64,000 nucleotides of DNA from a bacterium (GTDB taxonomy: Bacteria; UBA8248): positions 128,001 to 192,000 of the forward strand of contig CBDCRP010000003.1 in assembly GCA_965221165.1 (NCBI GenBank), read 5' to 3'. How positions within the stretch are numbered: position 1 is the stretch's first letter; each line of letters opens with the position of its first letter. A program made the translations under genes and the position numbers. The notes under the pieces were generated by a model. It ran no database searches and was not told the DNA's origin. It saw only the letters and a list, made by a program, of their open reading frames with translations. This document shows, one piece after another, positions 30,788-39,697 of this stretch.

Positions 30788-31975
30788 ATGAGACGACAGG
30801 CTTCGCGCGCGAATCAGAACTGGATTTTCGATAATTTTCTCAAACTCTCCGATAACGAGGACGTTCTCCACCCCGGCATCATGGGTACGCGCTATGAAAG
30901 GGGTTTTCGCCATCAGGACCTCCAGGCGGTCTACACGAAAGTCTCGGGCCGTCGCTCCATCCCTCTGTTGTGGGGCAAACAGGCCGCCTTGCAGGAGAAG
31001 AAAGCGGCCGCGGCGGCCGAAGCGGGAAACCACGTTACCGCCGCCATGCACTACAACCGCGCGGGCCTTTGCTACGGGCGCGGCCAGCACCTCATTCCCG
31101 TGGATGGGCACCCCCGGAAGAAGGAATACTACGCGGGCGTCTCGCGCTGTTTCGACAGAATGCGCGAGATCAGGGGCGGAGACATTCAAAAACACCAGGT
31201 GGAATTCGACCCCGGCAAGAATGCGTACTTCTATTTCTGGCCGGCGGAGGGAGAGGGGCCCAAACCCACCGTCCTCCTCATCCCCGGCATGGACATGATC
31301 AAGGAAGACGGGCTTTTGCCCTACAACAACTGGTTCCACGCGCGCGGCATGAACTTCGCCATCATGGACGGCCCGGGGCAGGGCGAGTGCAACATCAACC
31401 AGGTGTGGGTGGATCACACCAATTACGCGCGCGCGGGCAGCAGGGTCATCGACTGGCTCACCGGGCGCGAAGAGGTGGATTCATCGAAAATCGGCATCAT
31501 GGGCATGAGCATGGGAAGCCGCTGGACGGTGGAAATCGCCGCCCAGGATGCGCGCGTCAACACCGTCGTCGGCCAGATGGCGAACGTGGGGCCTTCGGAC
31601 ATCATCTTCGACCAGGCCCAGCCCAACTTCAAGAGAATCTACATGTACATGACGAACATCCTCGATGAGGATGCGTTCGACGAATTCGTCGAGGAGCGCG
31701 ACAGCATCTGGCTGTCCCTGGTGGGCAAGATGAAGTCGAACTATCTGCTCGTGGCCGGCGACATGGACGAACTTTGCACGCCGGACGACATCGGCGTGTT
31801 CTTCGCACACCTCACGTGCCCGCGCGAGCTTTGGCTCTATGAGGGCGTTTTCCATCCCATGGGCGAGGTGGCGGCGGACATGTACCCCGCCATCGCGGAC
31901 TGGATGCTGCATACGCTGAATAACGGTCTGCCGGCGGATCACGACAAGAAGGTCGTCGTTCCCGAGGGAGGATAA
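30788..31975 (+). CDS. Alpha/beta hydrolase (2,6-dihydroxypseudooxynicotine hydrolase/FrsA-like family)
   Basis: PGMD..KE, DGPGQGE, GMSMG nucleophile elbow, C-terminal Asp/His; AGGAG RBS. Confidence 0.8.
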   Translation: MRRQASRANQNWIFDNFLKLSDNEDVLHPGIMGTRYERGFRHQDLQAVYTKVSGRRSIPLLWGKQAALQEKKAAAAAEAGNHVTAAMHYNRAGLCYGRGQHLIPVDGHPRKKEYYAGVSRCFDRMREIRGGDIQKHQVEFDPGKNAYFYFWPAEGEGPKPTVLLIPGMDMIKEDGLLPYNNWFHARGMNFAIMDGPGQGECNINQVWVDHTNYARAGSRVIDWLTGREEVDSSKIGIMGMSMGSRWTVEIAAQDARVNTVVGQMANVGPSDIIFDQAQPNFKRIYMYMTNILDEDAFDEFVEERDSIWLSLVGKMKSNYLLVAGDMDELCTPDDIGVFFAHLTCPRELWLYEGVFHPMGEVAADMYPAIADWMLHTLNNGLPADHDKKVVVPEGG

Positions 31976-32174
31976 GGCGCACTCACAGGCGTTCGAATGC
32001 GGGAGAGCGGGCAGCCGGGGCCGGACCCATGAAAGCGCGGGCCGGGGAGCGGGAATGCCGGACGACACCCCCTGAAAGGGGGTTTCGATGATGCCGGAGC
32101 GTATCGCGACTTGACGAGACGCATACGCTCGATAAAATCAGGAGGAATAAAATAATCCGCCCCGGGATTATCTG

Positions 32175-32624
32175 ATGCAAACCATCATCGGCGTCATCGG
32201 CGATTCCGATCCCGGCCCGGAGACATCCTCTATGGCCGAGGAGGCAGGAGCCGAAATTGCGCGCGCGGGCGCCGTGCTGGTGTGCGGAGGCCTGGGCGGC
32301 GTCATGCAGGCCGCGGCGCGCGGAGCGAAAGAAGCGGGCGGCCTCACGGTGGGCGTCCTGCCCTCGTATGACGCGAAATCCGCCAACCCGTTCATCGACA
32401 TCCCCATCGTCACCGGAATGGGCCACGCCCGAAACGTCATCATCGCGGCGACGGCCCATGCGCTCATCGCCATGGCGGGCGCGCACGGCACCCTCTCTGA
32501 AATCGCTTTGGGGCTCAAACTCGGCAAGCGGGTCATCTCCCTGGGGCGCGAGAGCAGTCCCGAGGGAGTCATCCCCGCATCCAGCGCCCGCGAAGCCGTG
32601 CGGATGGCCCTCGATGTTTCATGA
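32175..32624 (+). CDS. TIGR00725 family (LOG/SLOG-like) protein
   Basis: CGGLGGVM, TVGVLP, TGMGHARN, GTLSEIA. Confidence 0.9.
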   Translation: MQTIIGVIGDSDPGPETSSMAEEAGAEIARAGAVLVCGGLGGVMQAAARGAKEAGGLTVGVLPSYDAKSANPFIDIPIVTGMGHARNVIIAATAHALIAMAGAHGTLSEIALGLKLGKRVISLGRESSPEGVIPASSAREAVRMALDVS

Positions 32625-32686
32625 GGCATGGCATGGATTTGGAAATAAGTATTTCGCCCGCTTCAGGCTCGGGAGGATGACACGAA

Positions 32687-33487
32687 ATGTGGCGTAGAGC
32701 ATGTGTCCTCTTTCTCTGTTTTCTTACCGGTTGCGCACTCGTCGCGCCGCCATTACCTAGACCGACGAAAATCCGTCGCGATGCGGGCGGGGTTTACCAC
32801 ACCGTGCGTCGCGGCGAGAGTCTCTGGCGCATCGGGCACGCCTACGGGGTGGAGGTCGAGCAAATCGCCGTCCTGAACGGCATCGACAATCCCGATCACC
32901 TCCGGGCCGGCGCGCGGCTCTACATCCCGGGCGCCAGAAGCGTACGCCTCATACGAAAAAACGTCGGTTCCCGGCCGCCGAAACGCCGCCCGCGCTGGGC
33001 GGCCCCGCCGCGCCGCAGGGCTTCCGCAAAACCAGCCCGGAAACCGCCAAGCGCCGCCCGAACGCACCGCGTGAACAAGAAGAGGTCGGCGTACAGAAAA
33101 ACGTACGGCAAAAGGCCCAGATTCTCCTGGCCCCTGCGCGGGCGCGTGATTCGCCGCTTCGGAACGCGGGGCGGCAAAAAGGCGGACGGCATCCTCATCG
33201 CCGCCCGTGAGCGCGCCGAGATTCGCGCCGCCGCCTCGGGCCGCGTCATCTTCTCGGACTTCGGCCCCGGAAACCTCGGGCGCCTCATCATCCTGCGCCA
33301 CCACGGGGGCGAGTATCACTCCATCTACGCCCACATCTCAAAAAATCTGGTGCGCAAGGGGCAGAGAGTTTCGCGCGGTACGCCCATCGCCCTGGCGGGC
33401 CGCACGGCGCGCTTCAAAACCGCGCGCCTTCATTTCGAGATCCGTCATCGCACGCGGCCCAGAAACCCGCTATCCTACCTGCCGTAG
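32687..33487 (+). CDS. nlpD: LysM + M23 lipoprotein (NlpD-like)
   Basis: Lipobox LTGC; LysM HTVRRGESLWRI; degenerate M23 (ADGILI, LHFEIR); surE-pcm neighbourhood. Confidence 0.85.
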   Translation: MWRRACVLFLCFLTGCALVAPPLPRPTKIRRDAGGVYHTVRRGESLWRIGHAYGVEVEQIAVLNGIDNPDHLRAGARLYIPGARSVRLIRKNVGSRPPKRRPRWAAPPRRRASAKPARKPPSAARTHRVNKKRSAYRKTYGKRPRFSWPLRGRVIRRFGTRGGKKADGILIAARERAEIRAAASGRVIFSDFGPGNLGRLIILRHHGGEYHSIYAHISKNLVRKGQRVSRGTPIALAGRTARFKTARLHFEIRHRTRPRNPLSYLP

Positions 33488-33719
33488 AATTGCATGCGGA
33501 CGGCAGCGGGCCGGCACGACGAGGGCGCGCGTAGAACATCGGGCATTCCTTGATTCGTAAAGAAGAATTTCATGCTTGAATCGTGGTGACATGCCCGGAA
33601 GAGAGTGCTATCCAGGGTACTCTTGTCCGCCGGAGAAGAGTCCGGGGCCGGGGGGCGGCACAACCGGAAGAGAACGACACGAAATACAAAAAATTACGCA
33701 TCCACGAGAGGTAGATTTC

Positions 33720-34247
33720 ATGTCCGACGCCAGTCACCTTCTGCCGCACATTCGGGACGTGCCCGATTTTCCGGAAGAGGGCATCCTATTCAAGGACATC
33801 ACCCCCATGCTCCAGAACGCCAAGGCATTCCGAGCGGCGGTGGACATGGCGGCGGAGCCCTTGATGGGTGAGGGAATCGATGTCGTCCTGGGCGCCGAGG
33901 CGCGCGGCTTCGTCATCGGAGCGCCCCTGGCCTACAAGATAGGCGCGGGCTTCGCGCTGGTGCGAAAACCGGGGAAACTACCGTGGGAGAAGGCCCGGGC
34001 CACCTATGAACTCGAATACGGCACCGATGCGCTCGAGATTCACAAAGACGCCGTCTCGCCCGGCATGAAGGTGCTGATCGCCGACGACGTGCTCGCCACC
34101 GGCGGCACGGCCTCCGCCTGCGTGTCGCTCGTGGAATCTCTGGGCGGGCGCGTCCACGGCCTCTCGTTCTTCATAGAGCTCGCGTTTTTGAACGGACGCG
34201 AGCGCCTCGCTCCACACCCCGTGCGCTCTTTGATACGATACGACTGA
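33720..34247 (+). CDS. apt: Adenine phosphoribosyltransferase
   Basis: [38 protein letters not shown]. Confidence 0.97.
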   Translation: MSDASHLLPHIRDVPDFPEEGILFKDITPMLQNAKAFRAAVDMAAEPLMGEGIDVVLGAEARGFVIGAPLAYKIGAGFALVRKPGKLPWEKARATYELEYGTDALEIHKDAVSPGMKVLIADDVLATGGTASACVSLVESLGGRVHGLSFFIELAFLNGRERLAPHPVRSLIRYD

Positions 34248-34264
34248 AACGCCTCACGGCGCGC

Positions 34265-34341
34265 GCCCCCGTAGCTCAGCAGGATAGAGCGCCGGATTCC
34301 TAATCCGTAGGCCGCAGGTTCGAATCCTGCCGGGGGCGCCA
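34265..34341 (+). tRNA. tRNA-Arg(CCT)
   Basis: GCCCCCGTAGCTCAGCAGGATAGAGCG-CCGGA-TTCCTAA-TCCGT...GGTTCGAATCC...CCA, 77 nt. Confidence 0.96.
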
Positions 34342-34493
34342 GGATAAGCCGATTGCCTCCATTCGCTTTTCCCGAGAAATCAGCGCGCCGCCACTTGAAA
34401 GCCCTACTTGTTTGACAGTGATTCGGCTTTCTTTATATCCTCTCTTCGACCCAGTCCTACATATTTTACGAACCTTTTACGGGGGAAGGTTTC

Positions 34494-34988
34494 ATGCGCA
34501 CTTTGCTTGCGGTTTGCTGCTTGTTGTTTCTTTCCGGCTGCGCGACTTTGGTTACCGGCACCTCCCAGTCAATTCTCATCGATGTAATTAACGCAAAAGG
34601 GGCTTCATGTACGGGTATCGACAAAAGGGGAAGGCGGTATAACTGGCCCAATACGCCAAGTGCGACGACGGTTCATAAGGGCGATGGGCCAATAGTTTTA
34701 ACGTGCGAGAAAAAAGGATTCAAAAAGACAACACACTTGTTCGATGAAACTTTAGTAGGAGCAACATTGGGGAACATCATACTCGGGGGAGGCATCGGGA
34801 TTTTGATTGACGCCGCAAGTGGCGCGGCGCAAGAATATCCAAGCAAGGTAAGCGTAATCATGGAGCCCGATGATTCGGCTCCCGATACTCTCAAAAAACG
34901 GTACGAGGAGTTAAAGAAAGAATTAGCCGAAAAAATAAAAAAGGAAAAAGAAGCCGAGGAGAAAGAAACCCAAAAAGCAGGACAGTAA
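34494..34988 (+). CDS. Hypothetical lipoprotein
   Basis: Lipobox LSGC-ATLVTGT; GN.ILGGGIG..IDA.SGA glycine motif; TTGACA at 34412 upstream. Confidence 0.75.
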   Translation: MRTLLAVCCLLFLSGCATLVTGTSQSILIDVINAKGASCTGIDKRGRRYNWPNTPSATTVHKGDGPIVLTCEKKGFKKTTHLFDETLVGATLGNIILGGGIGILIDAASGAAQEYPSKVSVIMEPDDSAPDTLKKRYEELKKELAEKIKKEKEAEEKETQKAGQ

Positions 34989-35090
34989 CAACTGTATTTC
35001 CGCTACCCATGGCAAAAAAATGCCTTGGGGCGTTTCGTTTTCGAGAGTCAGGGAGCGTGATTATGCGTGACGCCTTTCTCACCGGCGCAA

Positions 35091-35177
35091 GCAATTCCTT
35101 CATTTCAGTCGGCAATCCCTCCCTCCTCAATCTGCAATCCCTCCCTCCCCGGTCGGCAATTCCTCCCTCCTCGGTCG
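35091..35177. repeat. Four imperfect 21-22 bp tandem repeats, consensus GCAATYCCTCCCTCCYCGGTCG
   Basis: Units start at 35091, 35112, 35134, 35156. Confidence 0.85.
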
Positions 35178-35307
35178 GGATTGACCCTCACCGGCCGGAA
35201 TCGATCACGCATCTGCCCGCATTTGCCGTCATCGCGCTTCATCTCGAATGCGGAAAATCCCCGCGCGGGCGAGAGGATTGCCGCGGGCGGAGGGGGGTCT
35301 GGAAGAA

Positions 35308-35367
35308 GTGAAAAATGGTGAAAAATAGTAAATATATCTGAAATATAGTGAAAATATCTGAAAATAT
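35308..35367. repeat. Six 10-bp A-tract repeats (approx. STGAAAATAT)
   Basis: GTGAAAAATG GTGAAAAATA GTAAATATAT CTGAAATATA GTGAAAATAT CTGAAAATAT. Confidence 0.8.
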
Positions 35368-35419
35368 TTCTCTTTGTTTTATAAGGAGTTATCGCGTTTT
35401 CAGGGGTATTTCCGGTACA

Positions 35420-35701
35420 TCAGGTCCACCAGTCGAGCGCATAGGAACCGGCGAGCAGAACACCGCCGAGACCCAGCAGGCCGACGGCCGGCTTCGCCGC
35501 GCCGATAGAGAGTGCGCCCAGACCGCCGCAGAGCATCAACGCGCCCGTGCCCCACAAGACTTTTACGACGATCTTCTTGGCGTCGATGACGTTCAGTGGC
35601 CTGTCGTCCAGGGGCCTCGCTTCGAGCGCTCCTCCGCAGGCGGGGCATGCGTCGGCGCCCGAGGTTTCGGCCCCGCACTCAGGACATGGACTACCGGCCA
35701 T
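35420..35701 (-). CDS. Small zinc-ribbon membrane protein
   Basis: CPECG...CPACG followed by two hydrophobic segments; AAGGA RBS. Confidence 0.65.
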   Translation of the reverse strand: MAGSPCPECGAETSGADACPACGGALEARPLDDRPLNVIDAKKIVVKVLWGTGALMLCGGLGALSIGAAKPAVGLLGLGGVLLAGSYALDWWT

Positions 35702-36133
35702 GGCGTCGTTCCTTCTTCAGAAAACCGATGAGCGGAAAACATGCTTTCATTTCGAAAACGGGATTTTCTCACATCAAGAGGCGAGGGGAAACGGCCCTGA
35801 AATCTCTCCACAGATGAACCCTGGAGGGACGCATCGCTTGCCCGAATGAAGTGCGCCCTTTCCGCCCTCGCGCATCGTGTGGGATGATGGATGGGCTTCA
35901 TCTTGCTCACCAGAGAAAACGAATGAGGAGAGCATCTCTTGCGAAACAGAATCGACCCCGAGCGGGGAGGGGACGGAGAATACGCAGTCGATGCGACCCA
36001 GGAAACGGCCATCGAGACGTGCATCTCCTACCTCGGCAAGCACATGAAAACCTGAGCTATACTATGTCCTGGCGACGCGCCATCGCTTTCGGGCGTTCTT
36101 GAACATCCGCCGACGAGATGGACCCTGAAGCCC

Positions 36134-37591
36134 ATGAAATCTCAGACGAGAATTTTCTCCTGCCTTGTGGATGATTTCCTGAAACCCGATCCGCTGATAT
36201 TCCCGGCCTCGGAGAACGTAAGAAACGTCATCTCCCAAATGGCGGAGAAGAACGCAACCTGCGTCCTTGTCACGGATGAGGAAAACGCCTTGGCCGGCAT
36301 TTTTACGGAAAAAGACGTGATGCGCCGCGTCGCCTTGAGGTCTGACGGCACGGAGACGATCGAGCAGGTCATGACGCCTCGCGTCTACTCTGCGACGCGG
36401 GGGGACTACCTCTATCACACCATCGCGCGCATGCGGCGCCTCGGCCACCGCCACATGCCCGTGGTGGACGAGGCGAACCACCCTCTCGGCCTGCTCGACC
36501 TACAAGACGCCATGACCGTGGCGGCCGAGCAAATGATGGGAAACATCGACGCCCTCACCCAGGATCCCGAATTTTACGGCCTGCGAGAGGTGAAAGCCGT
36601 ACAAGTGGATGTCGCCCAAGGGCTTCTTGAGGACAACCTCCCCGCGCCCGAAATTCAGGCGCTTTTGACGCACGTGAACAACGACATCTACCGGCGGGTG
36701 GCCGAGAAGGCAGTGACGCTCATCGAAGAGGAGAGGGGAGGTGCGCCGCCCGTTCGCTTTGCGGTGATCGTCATGGGCTCGAGCGGTCGGGGGGAGAACT
36801 TCATCAACCCGGATCAGGACAACGGCATCATCCTCGAAGACTACCCCGTGGAGCGGCACGACGAAATAAACGATTACTTCATCCGCTTCTCGGAACTGGT
36901 GACCCGGAATCTCGACGCCATCGGCTTTCCCCTGTGCGAGGGCCACGTCATGGCGACGAACCCGCTGTGGCGCAAATCTATCTCCGAGTGGAAATACCAG
37001 ACCCTGCGCTGGTTCCAGAAGAGGAGCACGTTCCAGGTTCAGTTGAGCGACGTCTTCTTCGACTTCGATACCGTCTGCGGAGCTTTGCCGCTCGGCCGGG
37101 AATTGCGGGAACACGTTACGAAGTTCGTGCAAACGGAACCCACCGTGCTCCAGGCGATGTTTCAAACCGAGGCCGACAGACACGTCGCTCTCGGCCTGTT
37201 CGGCATGCTGCGCACGGAGAGAAGGGGAGAGGGGCTTCTCCCGAGCATAAACCTGAAGCACGGGGGCATCCTGCCTCTGGTCGGGGCCGTGAGACTCCTC
37301 GCCCTGAAAGAAGGACTAGAAACGACCTCCACCTACCAGCGCATCGGACAACTACATGAAGCGGGGATTTTTAGTGATGATGAGGCGGATGATTACACCT
37401 CCGCCTTCAAGCATCTCACGTTCATCCTGCTACGCCAGCAACTACGGGATTTCAGAAGATTCCAAAAGGCGACGCGCTATGTCAGGAAGTCGGCAATGTC
37501 ACGAAGGGAGAAACAGGTTCTCAAGATGTCCCTCAAAGCCATTCGCTCGCTACAGGAGAGGGTGCGAATGGAATTCACCGCCTGGCTTTGA
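36134..37591 (+). CDS. CBS-pair + DUF294 nucleotidyltransferase-like protein
   Basis: GIFTEKD CBS pair; MGSSGRGE...DQDN, C.G.VMATNP.W, NLKHGG motifs. Confidence 0.88.
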   Translation: MKSQTRIFSCLVDDFLKPDPLIFPASENVRNVISQMAEKNATCVLVTDEENALAGIFTEKDVMRRVALRSDGTETIEQVMTPRVYSATRGDYLYHTIARMRRLGHRHMPVVDEANHPLGLLDLQDAMTVAAEQMMGNIDALTQDPEFYGLREVKAVQVDVAQGLLEDNLPAPEIQALLTHVNNDIYRRVAEKAVTLIEEERGGAPPVRFAVIVMGSSGRGENFINPDQDNGIILEDYPVERHDEINDYFIRFSELVTRNLDAIGFPLCEGHVMATNPLWRKSISEWKYQTLRWFQKRSTFQVQLSDVFFDFDTVCGALPLGRELREHVTKFVQTEPTVLQAMFQTEADRHVALGLFGMLRTERRGEGLLPSINLKHGGILPLVGAVRLLALKEGLETTSTYQRIGQLHEAGIFSDDEADDYTSAFKHLTFILLRQQLRDFRRFQKATRYVRKSAMSRREKQVLKMSLKAIRSLQERVRMEFTAWL

Positions 37592-37609
37592 AAATGGCTG
37601 CCATGAGAA

Positions 37610-38227
37610 TTACTCCACAGGCGTTTTGAAGCGATCGAACACCCGCCCGAAGCGCCAGGCGTAGAACTCCACGCCCTCATACAGGCCCGCCCGGTGATAA
37701 GGCTCCTCCGCCCAGAACGCGCGCGCCGCCTCGATGTCGGGAAAATCGAGGAGCAACACGCTGCCGTTTCTGGTTTCCCCATCATCGGTGAGCAAGGGGC
37801 CGCGCACCATTACCGAATCGCCATGTTCGGTCAGGTAGGCGCTGTGCGCCTCACCATGCGCCTTGCGAATTACGCCCCCGTCCGCTTTGTCCAAAGCATG
37901 GACATAAAACTGGAGATTCCCTTCTTTTCTAGGGCAGTCGCGCCAGGAGTAGGGCACTGCGCCGCGCCAACGGCGAATCGAAGGCCGCTCCTGAATCCCT
38001 TCGATGATGAACGGCTCATTGGCCACGTGCTCTTCCGCGGCGGCGCGATCGGCCAGGTCCAGAATGCGGAAACTGCCCAGTTCGCGCTTCCCGTCGTCGG
38101 TCAAGAACGGACCCGCTAAGCGGGTGACGTCATCGAAGCCTTTGAGATAATCCAGGTGCGCTTTTCTGTGAACATCCCGTAAGGCATTGGCTTCGGGCCT
38201 GTCGTAAATTTTGATGACGAATTCCAC
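37610..38227 (-). CDS. Tandem YciI-domain protein
   Basis: Two repeats of D...R...R.AH..YL / GP.LTDDG...GS / EP motifs. Confidence 0.85.
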   Translation of the reverse strand: MEFVIKIYDRPEANALRDVHRKAHLDYLKGFDDVTRLAGPFLTDDGKRELGSFRILDLADRAAAEEHVANEPFIIEGIQERPSIRRWRGAVPYSWRDCPRKEGNLQFYVHALDKADGGVIRKAHGEAHSAYLTEHGDSVMVRGPLLTDDGETRNGSVLLLDFPDIEAARAFWAEEPYHRAGLYEGVEFYAWRFGRVFDRFKTPVE

Positions 38228-38389
38228 GGTGTTTTCCTTCTGACAAGAACCAAAAAACCGTCTGTTGTGATCCCGGATGGCTGTTATACCGCCCGGATTT
38301 TATGCACGGATGCTCAATGGTGCAATGGACGGAGCGGGCGCGTTACGAAGAAGACGAATGAGCACTCAATCCCATCGGGCAAAAGATAT

Positions 38390-39580
38390 TCAACCGTCGC
38401 ACCGGAACGCCTTCATGGGGAAGGTGTGCAGGGAGCGGAACCCCTCCTGGGTGACGATGCCCATATCGCCCATCTGCACGCCCCGACCTTCCGAGTCCAT
38501 GGGGTTCGGCTGAATGACCATCACCATGTTTTCGAGGTACTTGAAATCGGCCGGCGGAGCGAGATAGTTCGAGCCCCTGATGCCGATGGAGGGCTGAAGC
38601 AAGTCCGTCCCGAAGCCGTGGGCGAGGGAATCGTATATTTGAAATCCCCTCTCGGGCAGCGGGTCGGTGGCCTCGAAAACGGCCTGTGCGGAATTTCCCG
38701 CCTTCATCGTTTTGCCCACGCCCTCGTACACCTCGATGGCGGCGTCGAGCAGCGCCTGATAGGGAGGCGTCGGGTCCGCCCCGATGGTGAAGGTGCGCAA
38801 ACTCTGGCCCGCATAACCATAATACGCCGCGCTGATCTCCATGATGAGCACGTCGCCCGCCTCGAGCTTTCTCCTGGTGGGGTTTTGCCAGGGGACGGGC
38901 GTGCGGGGATTGGCCATCGGCGTGGCCGTCACGAATTGCACCATCTGCTCGCCGCCTTGCTCCCTGAAGGCAGCGGCCATCCGCCCCGAGAGTTCGATTT
39001 CGGGAATTCCCGGTTTCGCGTGGATGGTGGCCGCCTCCATGGCGAGGTCCGTGAGCCGCGCCGCCTCGGTCAGCCATTCAATTTCCTCATCGCTCTTGAT
39101 CAGCCTCAAGTCCCTGAATCTGGCGCTCACGTCCATCCATTGCGCCTCGGGGAAACGCGTCGTCAGATAGTCCATGTGCTCGAAGGGCAGCAGAATCTTG
39201 AAGCGGGGGTTTATGCCCACCAAGCCGATGCGCGCATTTCCGAGCCCCAGAGCGTCGAGTTGATCCGCCATGCGCTCGGGATTGCCGTACGCTCCGTGAC
39301 GCACATCCTCGAAGATGCACTGCATTTGTGCGTTATGCAGATGGTTGTAGAGGCCCGTGAAGAGGGAAGGGGAATCTTCTTTGGGAAAAATCAGATAGCA
39401 GTGGTTGAAATCCCGGTAGCAAGAAAGCCAGTAGATGTTCGCCTGCGCGTTGCGGTTCGTACCGCCTAAGCCAAAAAATAATAGAGCGTCCAGCCCTTCT
39501 TCTTCTATCAGGCCCTTCGCGGCCGCATGACGCCTGCTCATTTCTTTCTCGGAGAAGCGCGGATACCAATCTTCGGACAT
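38390..39580 (-). CDS. M24 (pita-bread fold) Xaa-Pro peptidase / creatinase-like protein
   Basis: LRLIKSDEEI, PG..E.E, GY....RT, HGFG; metal ligands degenerate. Confidence 0.8.
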   Translation of the reverse strand: MSEDWYPRFSEKEMSRRHAAAKGLIEEEGLDALLFFGLGGTNRNAQANIYWLSCYRDFNHCYLIFPKEDSPSLFTGLYNHLHNAQMQCIFEDVRHGAYGNPERMADQLDALGLGNARIGLVGINPRFKILLPFEHMDYLTTRFPEAQWMDVSARFRDLRLIKSDEEIEWLTEAARLTDLAMEAATIHAKPGIPEIELSGRMAAAFREQGGEQMVQFVTATPMANPRTPVPWQNPTRRKLEAGDVLIMEISAAYYGYAGQSLRTFTIGADPTPPYQALLDAAIEVYEGVGKTMKAGNSAQAVFEATDPLPERGFQIYDSLAHGFGTDLLQPSIGIRGSNYLAPPADFKYLENMVMVIQPNPMDSEGRGVQMGDMGIVTQEGFRSLHTFPMKAFRCDG

Positions 39581-39697
39581 GTCGCCTCCTTGCGCGATAA
39601 TCCCTCGTGGGAGAGAATAAAATTGTCAACGGAAATTTTCAGTTTGCGCGGCGCAGTATAGCGAGCGCATCAAAAATATACGACCGGGAGGAAGCGT

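Noticed and set aside
35091-35177. CRISPR array
   Set aside because: Repeats are contiguous with no unique spacers, are not palindromic, and no cas genes are present.
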